Below are positions 49,894 through 60,813 of a stretch of 64,000 nt of DNA, piece by piece. A program made the position numbers and the translations under genes. The stretch's first letter is position 1. Each line of letters begins with the position of its first letter. The notes beneath the pieces are model-generated. The model did no database searches. It was not told the DNA's origin and worked only from the letters and a program-made list of their open reading frames with translations. The DNA lies in contig CP110439.1 in NCBI GenBank assembly GCA_026914245.1, positions 8,122,001-8,186,000 on the forward strand, given 5' to 3'. This DNA comes from Puccinia triticina. Taxonomy: Eukaryota.

Positions 49894-52062
49894 ATGGCCG
49901 ACGCGGTCGGAGGCGCGAGACCCGCGAAGATGAAGAAGATCAAGCCTCAAGACGGCCTTAAGTTCGATGGATCCAATATCGAGCGATTTCTAGCCGACTA
50001 TGAACTGGCGGCCAAGTTGGATGACGCCTCTGATTACGACAAGGCTTGTCAAGTCGTGCGTTTCGTCGATAATGGCGAGACTCGGGACATTCTTGAGACA
50101 CTGGACGGACACAACCCGCCGGACTGGCCAAAGCTGAAGGCTGCGATGCTGGGTTATTGGGCGGATGTGGACACGGCAGTCTACACGGAGCTCGACATCG
50201 CTGGGCTAGTAGAGACGTGGACGAAGAAAGGTGGAGTCTCCTCGGTATCTGATTACCATTTGTTTCGTAAGGTTTGGGATCCGATTCAATCTTACCTTGT
50301 CTCCAAAGGCCACATCGAGTCGGAAGAGGAGCTTAAAAAACAGTACTACCAGGCTTTCTCTGCCGGATTTCAAGGTCAAATCAGGGACCAGATGATCAAA
50401 GACAACACTCTGGTGACAACGGTCGACAACCGAGCGCGGCTACCAGCTTTCAAGATAGTTCGTAGCGCGGTCGACACGGTCATGAAGGGTCAGATATCCC
50501 TTTCGTTTGAGGATACGAGATCGTCCGCCCCGGTTTCGTCGCCCTTCCAGGAGGCGAACAAAATCATGAAGAAGATGGGGACGGACAAGCGCCCAGCGCC
50601 AGCAGCGGCAGACTCAAAGCCTGAACCCTCCGTTGATGAAATAACGAAGATGTTTAAAGCCTTCAAACAGTACATGAAGCAGGGCGGCGGAAAATCGGGA
50701 CCGTCGGCCGAGCGAGGTCCAATGATCTGTTACTATTGTCACCGGGAAAATCACGGGACTTTGCGGTGCGCCGAGCTGCAAAAAGATCAGGAAGCGGGTC
50801 TTGTCGAGAAAAAGGGAAACAATTTTTTCCTGCCCAATGGGGCGCTCATTCCTTTTGACCGAAGTCGCCCGATTTGCCACGTAGTGGCCTCTTTTCCATC
50901 CAATCAGGCGTCAGGTTCTCGGGCTCAGTCTCCTGGGCCTCTTCCGACATCTCACTCGGCCTCCGTGGAGTTTAAGGCCAGCTGTGGGTCTTTAGAGCAA
51001 TGGTACCCCCCGGCGGTTTCATCTCAATCGTTCTTGGGTGGGTACGACTCGGAGGCGGCTGGCAGGAAGAGGCATGAGGAGCCAAGGCCTTACAAAGCTC
51101 CTTTGGCTCCGTCATCCCAGGCTAAACGGCCGCTTCGCAAGCCAGCAGTCGCTCCGGGCGGTCCTATGGAGCCCGATGTGGCGGACGAGCAGGAACTCTT
51201 TGAGCGGATTATGAAAGATCCCGACCCTCAGCCCTCTCCGCCGAAGGACTCGCCAGCCAGGCCAGCCACGCCGTCTAAGGGTGCGGGAGCGCAGCCGAAG
51301 GTCCGCTTCGAGCGGGACGTCTCACGGGACCACCCAGACGCGGTGGATGGTTTCGTCAAGAAGATCTTTGAGCTTCCGGTCACGACGACAGTGGCGGAAA
51401 TTTGTTCAGTCTCTCCGGCGGTATCGGATGGCGTTAAAAAGTGGGTCTTGCGGCGTCGTGTGGAGGTAGGCCCAGAGGATTTGAAGGTGCATTCGGGCAC
51501 TTTGGTGGAGGGCCATGAGTTTAGAGAAACCTCGCCGGACCCCTGTCTCTATTCCTGCCCGCTCGGTTATCTGGCTTGCTTGATCGGAGGGGGGGAGAAC
51601 GCCGCGTCTCCGTTGATCGACTCAGGGTCGCAGCTCAACATCATATCGGACGCCATGGCGAATTGGTTTAACCTCACACCTCGGGTCAACTTCAGCTCCG
51701 CAGTCTATGGTATCAACAACCAGGCTTGCGAGCTGATTGGAGTCGCTGAGGACGTCCCTGTTTGGGTGGGTAAGAGTATCGTGGGCACCTGTCACTTTTG
51801 GATTACCCATCAGGACAGCCCTTTTATTCTAGGTCGTCCATTCTTGATGGACTTCGAAGCGACTCTTTTGTTCTCTCCCACGGCAGGGGAACGGATCATC
51901 TTGCCCGACCCCAAAGGTCAGAACATCGAGTTGTCGCTCTGTCCTATCGAAAAGGGTCAATGGGAGCGGGAATTTCCGGCACACGGTTGGAAAGCGGTGT
52001 TGACTCACTGCGGGCGCATCTTGGAGCTGCCCGAGGGAGCGGAGGATCCGTCTTTTTTATAA
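49894..52062 (+). CDS. Gypsy Gag-protease ORF, 722 aa
   Basis: CYYCHRENH..C zinc knuckle; LIDSGS aspartic protease; FILGRPF. Confidence 0.92.
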   Translation: MADAVGGARPAKMKKIKPQDGLKFDGSNIERFLADYELAAKLDDASDYDKACQVVRFVDNGETRDILETLDGHNPPDWPKLKAAMLGYWADVDTAVYTELDIAGLVETWTKKGGVSSVSDYHLFRKVWDPIQSYLVSKGHIESEEELKKQYYQAFSAGFQGQIRDQMIKDNTLVTTVDNRARLPAFKIVRSAVDTVMKGQISLSFEDTRSSAPVSSPFQEANKIMKKMGTDKRPAPAAADSKPEPSVDEITKMFKAFKQYMKQGGGKSGPSAERGPMICYYCHRENHGTLRCAELQKDQEAGLVEKKGNNFFLPNGALIPFDRSRPICHVVASFPSNQASGSRAQSPGPLPTSHSASVEFKASCGSLEQWYPPAVSSQSFLGGYDSEAAGRKRHEEPRPYKAPLAPSSQAKRPLRKPAVAPGGPMEPDVADEQELFERIMKDPDPQPSPPKDSPARPATPSKGAGAQPKVRFERDVSRDHPDAVDGFVKKIFELPVTTTVAEICSVSPAVSDGVKKWVLRRRVEVGPEDLKVHSGTLVEGHEFRETSPDPCLYSCPLGYLACLIGGGENAASPLIDSGSQLNIISDAMANWFNLTPRVNFSSAVYGINNQACELIGVAEDVPVWVGKSIVGTCHFWITHQDSPFILGRPFLMDFEATLLFSPTAGERIILPDPKGQNIELSLCPIEKGQWEREFPAHGWKAVLTHCGRILELPEGAEDPSFL

Positions 52063-52665
52063 GGGGAGTTGGTCCATCAGCTGGCGGGTTTAATCTAGGG
52101 CCTCGCACTCGGTCAGCGGATTCAACTCAACCCTCAGAGGCCCACGGTAGCGCTTTCTTTCCTTTCTCGATTTGGTCTTCTTTGGTCTCGTCTGTTCAAA
52201 ACATCAAAACTCAAAAACAGCAGTAAAATCAAAAATCATCAAAAAAATCGCTTCTTTGGTCTTTCAGTCTCCGTTTCTCTCTCTCTCAGAATCATTCTCA
52301 CTCAATCCTTCAAAGAGGATTTGGCCGCTTCAAGCGGCTAGTTCGGTAGTGGACTCGCATCAGGGGTACTCAGCGGGGGCACAAAGTACAAAAGTAAGTC
52401 CCCTCCTTGGTATGCATCTCCGGGTAGCTACTACCGTTATCTCAAAAACATTACCCTGTGCCACGCACGTGAGCGACTTGTCGGAACCCCGTTTTTCCTC
52501 CACTTTAGATGGAACCCTATCCCTTGATCCTTGTCTCCGCGAAGAGAATAAACTACTCCCCCTCCGTGAAGAGGCTAAACTATTTACGTCATTTGACGGC
52601 CTCCGCAATGAGGTTAAACTTCCGAGCCTCCGCGACGAGGATAAACTAAAGATCCTTGCAATGAG

Positions 52666-55600
52666 GTGAAACTAGGTACTTATCGGTTGGAATGTGAAGG
52701 AGGCATGGTGGAGTTTGGTGTTCCGCGGAGGTTGGGAGACGTAGAAGTAAGTTCCTCCCATAGTTGCACCTCCGAGGGTCCCTCTACACGTCGTAAAAAC
52801 CCTACTCCAGCCACACTCGTGAGCCGCAAATCTCCCTTTTGTTCTTTGTTCTCAGAGAAGGCGGCGTTTGAAAATGGCGCGGAGCATTGGACTTGGCGCT
52901 TGCTTGAGAATGGTCTCAATCACGGCGCACAGTTGGCGCTTGCGGAAGCATGGAAGAGAGGCGCTCTTCTCTCTTTCGCCGCCAAATACAAGCCTGTGGC
53001 CCGGAAAGTCAAGCCGGTAAATCAACCCATGCCGCAAAACCTGAACCCTCCGTTGCAGCGGCCCCCTTTGTCTCGCAATCCTTATTGTGGACTTCCCAGA
53101 TCCCTCGCAGGTCTCTTTGCGCCGCGTGGGCGGGTTACTGAAGAGAGTCTCCAGGTGGTAAATTTCGGTCCGCCTGGATGGTTGCGTCCCGCCGAGTTGA
53201 ACTTAATCAAGAACGTACTAGCAGAGCGGAATCTGGCCATCGCTTTCAATGACTCTCAGCGAGGACTCCTTAAGGAGTCCTATGGACTTCCTTACATCAT
53301 CCCGGTCATCAAGCACGAGCCCTGGCAGAAGCGCAAGATCCCGATCCCGGCCGCAAAGCTGGAAGAGTACACCAAGCTGATTAGAGAGCGAGTCCGAACC
53401 GGCCTATACAAGCAGTCGACTTCATTGTACTCAAGCCCGGTCTTTTGTGTCCTCAAAAGCAACGGTAAACTTCGGATTGTTCATGACCTTCAGCCACTAA
53501 ATAAAGTCACAGTTAAAGACGCGGGTGTTCCGCCGGCCACTGAAGAGTTCGTGGAGTCATTCTCAGGGCGCGCGTGTTACGGGCTTGGCGACATCATGGG
53601 CGGCTACGACGAGCACGCGCTACATCCTATTTCTTGCCCCCTCACTACTTTTGATACCCCACTGGGGCGGTTCCAGCTTACTCGTCTCCCGCAGGGTGCC
53701 ACTAATTCTGTCGCCGTTTACCAGGCGCAGATGGTGTGGATCTTGCAGGAGGAGATCCCGGACCATGCTGGGATTTTCATTGATGATGGGGGCATCAAGG
53801 GCCCCATTTCGGATTACAACAACAAGCTGGTCCCCTGGCACTCCGGTATTTGGCGCTTCATTTGGGAGTACGCAGAGACGTTGGAGCGGATTCTTTTCCA
53901 AATCGAGGAGTCGGGTTTGACTGTATTGGCATCGAAGCTGGCGGCGTGTGTTCCCGCCCTCGAGATCGTTGGGCACGTGGTGTGCAAAGAGGGCCGGCGC
54001 ATGGCAAAGAGTAAAGTCAATAAGATACTCTCCTGGCCAACCCCGGTGAATGCGACAGAGGTTCAAGGCTTTTTGGGAGTGGTGGTGTATGTCCGCATTT
54101 TTATCCCCTCCCTATCTCAAATCTGTCTTCCGCTCCGACGCCTGACGCGCAAGGACGTGGATTTCATTTGGACTGAGTTTTGCGAGAGAGCATTCGAGGA
54201 GCTGAAGAGAGTTGTAGGGAGGGATATTGTGCTGGTCAAGATTGATTACGGGCCCAGCGCTGGGAAAATTAAGCTGGCGGTTGATTCTAGTTTCCACGCG
54301 GCCAGAGCGGTGCTTTCTCAGGAGGACCAAGAAGGCCTTGACCGGCCCGCACTGTATGAATCACTCCTTTTCTCAGACACGGAGTCTCGATATTCTCAAC
54401 CTAAACTCGAGCTATGCGGCGTGGCGCGAATCCTCAAGAAACTTCAGACGGTCTCATGGGGCCAGCATTTTGAGCTTCAGGTCGACGCCCAATCACTTAT
54501 TCAAATGATTAACGCCCCCAGTCTACCCAACGCGCCAATGACGCGCTGGGTCTTGTTCATCCAGCTCTTCTCATTCGATATTGTCCATCGCCCCGGCAAA
54601 TTTTTCACTATGCCCAACGGCCTTTCACGGCGGCCGCAGGGCAACGAAGACTCCGACCCGCCATCTTCGGATTTTGACGAAGATCTGCCTCATGTGAGGC
54701 CGTTACATTCCTACGTGGCCGGCCCTAGGAAAGTCTATGCAGGGTATCAGGAGGGTTTTTGGCGGCAGATGGAGGCTTATCTCACAACGTTGGCTCGCCC
54801 AGGCAACATGGACGCTAAGCAGTTCCGCGCCCTCAAACGCAAGACATCCGCCTTTTTTGTTCAAGCCGGCCGCCTCTTGAAGCGAGGGAGTCCCTTGCCC
54901 AGGATTGTGGTCACAATCCCCACCAAGCAGGATGAAATCCTCAGCAAGCTCCACGAGGATCTCGGGCACCGTGGTGTTGCGGAGACGTACCGCCGGGTTG
55001 CAGATTGATTTTGGTGGCCGGGTCTAAAACAGACTGTTGCTCGCTGGTGTCAGAGCTGCGAGGCCTGCCAGAAGAGGGATTTGAAGCAACCTCTGGAGCC
55101 GCGCTACCCGACTGGAGAGGAAACGGTGTTCGGACGAGTATCGATGGACACCGTTCACATCAAAGCGGGAGGTGCCAAGTATTTGATTGTCGCTCGAGAT
55201 GACTTTTCCGGGTGGGTGGAAGCAAAGTTTCTCAACAATCTCACCTCTGAGGCGGTCGCAGCTTTCCTCCAGGAAAACTGGACTATGCGCTACGGCCTGG
55301 CGCGCTCTTACTCAACAGATGGTGGCTCCGAATTCGGCGGGGCTCTAGCGGATATGCTGCGATCATTGCCGGGCCAGCATTGAGTCTCTACGCCCTACTA
55401 CCCCGAAGGGCAGGGTATGGTTGAGCGGGGACACGGCCCTCTGAAAGCGGCGTTAGTCAAGCTGGCGGGCGAGTCGGGCAAGAACTGTCGGAAGTTCCTG
55501 CCCTTGGTTTTGTTTGCTGATCAAATCTCAACTAAGCGCACGACAGGTTATTCCCCGTATGAGCTTGTTTTCGGGCAGCGCGCGGCCCTGCCAATTGATT

Positions 55601-56013
55601 TAGACATCGAATCCTACCTCGGCGTCGACTGGGAAGAAGTCCGCGACACAGCGGATCTGCTGGTGGCGCGGTCTAAGCAGCTAGAGAGAAGTGAAGAAAC
55701 TTGGGCGGTTGCGTACGAGCGCATGATGAAGGCGCGCGGCAAATCGGTACGCTACTGGGAAGACAAGAACTCAAGTTGATTCCGTGTTCCGCTCTCCGTG
55801 GGCGACCTTGTTCTGGCCTACAACCGATCCCTGGAAGTTCAGTGGGGGCAGCTATTTGCTCACAAGTGGAACGGCCCCTACCGAGTCGTCAAGCAGGTCC
55901 AAGGAGGGTCTTATGTTCTGTCTGAGCTCGATGGGACGGAGCTCAAGCGCCGGTTTGCGGCGGATCAGGTCAAGCGGTACTTTCCGCGTGGGGGCATTGC
56001 TGACCAGAAGTAA
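52666..56013 (+). pseudogene. Gypsy RT-RNase H-integrase frame with three in-frame TGA stops (55006, 55381, 55777)
   Basis: LPQG/FIDD RT, VDSS RNase H, H..GH..C..C zinc finger, SMD/STDGG/MVER integrase, WNGPY module. Confidence 0.92.
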
Positions 56014-58893
56014 GTCCCCCTCCTTAGTATGCACCGTAGGGTTTCTCTACACCTTTTGTAAGCATTACGTCGCCACTTTGTGAGCCGCCTGCGGGACCTT
56101 TGTTGGGTTTTTCTTTCCAGGTTCCCCCGTCTTTCTTTGGCCGCGTGGAATATCGAAGGAGTCTGGGGACAGACTCCAAGTGGTGGGTGGATGTGGTGAC
56201 CCCTCCCGTGGCCAGCTAGTCAGAAGCATCGCCGCCGCCAGGATTGTCATCAAGAGTCCAGCTTTTAATTTCATTCCTCAAGTCTCAAGAAACCTCAAGA
56301 CCCTCAAGAATTCACCCTCTCCCCATCTCTCCTCATCTTTCACCTCTCTCTTCCATACTCCTTTCCTCCTTCATTTTCCATCCTTCCATCTCACCTTTTT
56401 CTCTCCTTCCCAGTCCCCTTCACTTTTCTTGGTCCTAACACAGCATCTGCTGTGGGTTTATTCTCTGGTTTGTTTTTCTTTCTCTTCTTTTGTTTTTGTC
56501 TGTCTGCTCTTTCCTATTTTCCTTTTGTTTTTTTTCTTCTTCTTTGGTTCTTTTCTTTCTGCCTCAGATCACTGTGTTTCCTTGTTTTATTGTGTTGTGT
56601 TTCCTTCTTTCCTGCTTCTCTTGTTTGTTGTGTGTGTGTGCGCGCGTAGCGCGCGGAGGATGTGATGAAATGTATGTGACATGTCACCCTGAGTCCAAGT
56701 TCAGCGCGAACTTGGATGATGGGTGGCCATGGCATTCTGATCCCCAGAATACGGACCATCAAGATTCAGAGATCCTATCTTCAGAGTTCAAAACCTTTGA
56801 GCGCAGCTCGCCAATCATCTTTTCATCAGAGTTTCTGAGATCCCTTCCTTCCCTCTCTTTAAGATCACACCTCTCATCCCCTCAAAACAAAACAACCGCC
56901 GCCGAGGATCCAAACCCCCGGCGAACATCTCAAAACCACCCCCAACACCACAGCTATCCCGATTCCTTTCAGCGCTCATCTCTACGGACCACCGCCACGA
57001 GGGCAGCCTAAACAGCACTTCTCCCCTCACACGACTGCCGCCGCTTAGCACGGACAGGAGTCCCTCACCGGGTGTAGCTAAGCCCAAGCTAAATTAGTGG
57101 GAAGCTTGAATTTCAGCTAACCGTCACTACATTTAGTGATGGTTAGCTCAAAGCTAACTGCCATTTCCCGCGCCCACCACTCAGCTCCACCCCGCGCAAG
57201 CCAAACCAATACGGCTGAATCGCTGTTGCTAAGTTAGTTTGCAACAGCTGCGAGTCAAAACTCGCGCCAACATAGCTCAACCGGTAAGGATGCTCTCATG
57301 TAGGCAAGCTGTATGACGCAAGTGGCAGCCAAACACTTGTGTTATGTTGAAAGATATGAAATTCAAGAGTGATGTGCATCACATTAGGTAAGTGCACAAC
57401 ATCACATAACATGATTGCTGCCAAACGGGGCCTTAGTGTTATATGTAGTGCAGACTCTAAATTAAAGCTTTACACCACCACTTGATTCTCAACTTTGAGT
57501 TGCGTTGGCGCGCCCGCGGGGTCAAGGGAATGTCAGGTTTGACCTGCCTGCCGCAAATTTTACTGCGGAGGCAGGTCAACGCCGGGGACAGGTTTGACCC
57601 ATCCAAGCCAGCTGTTATGCCAATGCGACCAGCCCATTCTGTTGGCATGACAGCGGGGTCAGAATAGTGCCATGGCATAACCCAGCCAACCATGTTTGGC
57701 CCTGCTGAGCAGGCCAACGATACGGCTGGGTTGGGTCCAAACTTAGTCAGTCCCTCTTCTGAGGGGCGGGCAGGGGCCCCTCGGGCGAAGCGTGAGTCTC
57801 CGAAGGAGGGACTTGGGACTAAGCGGCAAAATTTGGTGTGAGTCCTGAGTACAGCTTTCACCCATTTGGCTGGTGTGAATGTTTGGCACCACTTTTCTAT
57901 AGCATCCTGGTGGCCAAATGGGCCGCCCAGATGCCAAATTGAAGGTCTGCCTCTGGCCTTCAAGACTACATAGGCCACATGTTGATGCCTTGAATGGCCT
58001 TAAAGCTACAAGGATGTGAAGTCATGGAATCATGATTCCAGGATTGATCTTACACCATACTATTGGATAAGTACATGAAGTATGTTTATTGTTTGAATTG
58101 AAGAATGAACTACATTTGGTATGCAGGCCACACATAAAATGTGTACAGGAGTTGAAAAAAACACGCTCTGCTTGCTGGGACAAGCTTGGCATGGTTTTTG
58201 AAAGCATGTCCAGCAGCTCTACAAGCGGCTTGATGGATGGTGGATGGCTGGCTGCCTGCGCAAGAAGCTAGGCTTCAAGGCCATGCCACTCATGGGCCTA
58301 TCCCGGCAGTGGTTGATGTGTAACAAAGGATTTAATGAAATTTGGGGGTTGGCCGAGCCTTGGGCTTGTCAGGATTCACACCAAACCTTGCCGCTTGGGG
58401 GAAAGCCTCTCTGTGAGACACAGACCCTGTGGGGCCCTCCTCCAGAGAGGCTTTGTTAAGCTTGGGTTGGGTCAACTTGTTGGCCCCGTTGGCTTGACTG
58501 TACGTCAAACAAGGGTCCAACACGGCAGACAGCCAACAAAGGCTTGCCAGCAGCAACAAGCCAGCGCCATCGGCTGCTTGGGCCCGTGTCAAGCATTGGT
58601 CATGATTGGCTTGCCGTCCGGGTTGGCAAGCAATCATTGGATTGGTTTTTTTTTTTTTTTGAGCAAGGGTCCTATACAGCTGATGTGTAAAAGTTTGCTG
58701 TTTTCCGCGCTTGTTCATTTTTTTTTCCGGCCCAACTTTTTTTTTTCACCCCCGGCCAGGAAGCCCTGGTAGCCCCCGGCCTCCTCAGCTCACCAAAAGC
58801 ACCGGCCGGCCGCAAACCATCAATCCCGCCAAATCTCAACCACCCACAATCAATCCCGCTAAACCCTGGCCGCATACTGTTGGAACCATCCAG

Positions 58894-59266
58894 CAACAGT
58901 GGGTTGCTACTTTACTCCACAATAACCAGGCCGGGAGAGTAAAGTAGCGACCTTCAGTTATTTTTTTCACAGTTATTGTTATTGCTAGCGTGCGGATAGC
59001 CGTGTCACAGTTATTGTAACTGGCCTTTCTTCATAAGGCTTTTACTGGTAAATTAACAAGTTATTGTAATGAAAGGCCAATTTTGCCCTAGAATGGCCCT
59101 TTCATACAGCTGTTACTGGTAAATGAACACATTAATGAGCAATGAAAGGCCAAATTTGCCCTAAAATGGCCTTTTATTGCTTAATATCTTGCTCAATAAC
59201 TGCTGCTCTGGGCATAGATATTGTAGCTTCCTTGAAAAAAAAACTCTCAGTAGTGACCCACCGTTG
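58894..59266. mobile_element. MITE with CAAC..GTTG ends; 7-bp TSD CATCCAG
   Basis: TIR caacagtgggttgcta / tagtgacccaccgttg; perfect TSD. Confidence 0.85.
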
Positions 59267-59378
59267 CATCCAGGGAAAAAAAATTGAATCAACTGGTGAG
59301 TGTATCTTTCAACTTAATTATTCAGAAGAGCTGGCTAAATCTCATCTCTGTATACTGATTTTTTTACAATTTGTAGAG

Positions 59379-60474
59379 ATGGGTTATCACAAGTACTCTG
59401 CTGAGTTCAAATACTCAGTTATCAGAGCTGCACTCAATGGGAAGACTCTAGCCAAGATCAACACCTCGTTAGCCTCTTTGATCAGTGTCAATTCTCTTTG
59501 CCAATGGACAAATCTGTACAAAAGGACACAAGCTGTTGTATGTGACCCCTCCACGTATGAATCCCAAGGCCGGCCATTTGAATTGCTGGACAAAGATGTT
59601 GATTTCATCAGAGAGATGATTGCCAAAAAACCAACCGTGTATCTTAATGAAATCCAGCGGGCATTAGTCGAGGAGCATGGGATCTTGGTCTGCCTAAAAA
59701 CCATTTCTAAAACCCTTCACAAGCAACTAAATATGTCCAAAAAAGCAATCAGAACTGTAAACTCTCGTCAGGACCCTGAAGCCAGGGCTTTTTACATCTC
59801 GCGGATCAGCTGTGTGCCAGCCTCCTATCTAGTATTTACAGGCACGTAATTTCCATCCAGTAACAACCTGAAACTTTTCTAATACTTAATTATTTCATTC
59901 TTAGATGAATTAGGAGTCTCTCTTGAGGTAGCAATGCAAACCAGAGGCTGGGCTCCGATTGGCCAGAGAACCCCAAGGGTGCCGCGCAAGAGGAGCACCC
60001 ATCAGTACAACATCATCCCAGCTATTGCCTCCGATGGCTTGGTTGCGCACATGGTCCAGGAAGAAATGATGAATCGGACATTGTTTGAATTTTTCCTGGA
60101 ACACATTCTAGTCAGCAAAGCAATTTGTTTCTCTGCTGGGCTTTGTTGCTGATGCAAGTTTTTGGATCAGGTCCCATTGATGAACCCATTCCCAGGACCT
60201 TGTAGCGTGCTTGTCATGGACAACGCACAGATTCACCACCACGGTTGCATCAAAGCAATAGTTGAGGCACGCGGGTGTCTTTTACACTATCTTCCTGCTT
60301 ATTCACCCAATTGAGAAGGGCTTTGCAGTTTATAAATTGGCTTTGCAACAAAACAAGGATCTACTTACGGGTGGCAAGGAGGACTACAAGGTCATTGAAG
60401 CTTTTGTTAGTTTTGTTTTTACAGCCGACTTGACTCGCAAACTTTTTCTTGGCGCAGGTTATTTTGTCCATTAA
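59379..60474 (+). pseudogene. Tc1/IS630-family DDE transposase; 2 introns; frameshifting deletion in YSP(DLNP)IE
   Basis: HTH region PTVYLNEIQ; VFTDE across an intron; VLVMDNAQIHH; YLPAYSP..IE. Confidence 0.9.
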
Positions 60475-60813
60475 CATATATGGTAGAGACATTAAAAATG
60501 AATTCAACTGATCCCCTGCTATGTATGATAAATCACAAAAAAAATGCTCATTTCATTTTGATGCTCTTAAGTTTAGCATTCACAACCAATTGACTTTTTG
60601 ATATTTTTATAAGCAAAACACAATTTAACTTGTGATATTCTTATAATCTGACATTTTGATTGTAAACAACATGATACGGCAATTCATTGATATTGCATTC
60701 AATTCATCAAGACAACCATTTTTTGAGATCAAGAGAGATAGAGAGGAGAAAGGAAATCAAGCAGGAATCAAGTACAACAAAAACTGGATAGATAGAAAAA
60801 TTACAATGTCACT

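Larger units (their letters stand above)
48587..57067 (+). mobile_element. Full-length Ty3/Gypsy LTR retrotransposon; LTRs 48587-49463 and 56192-57067; 4-bp TSD CCGG
   Basis: LTRs differ at about 7 positions by eye; tRNA-Tyr PBS; PPT before 56192; PR-RT-RH-IN order. Confidence 0.97.
48518..57295. mobile_element. Tourist-like MITE (~300 bp without its insert) hosting the Gypsy
   Basis: TIR gagcatccttaccggt / accggtaaggatgctc; flanks TTA/TCA. Confidence 0.75.
47896..57432. mobile_element. PIF/Harbinger non-autonomous element (outer shell of a 3-level nest); TSD TTA
   Basis: TIR ggccccgtttggcagca / tgctgccaaacggggcc; TTA on both sides. Confidence 0.85.
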
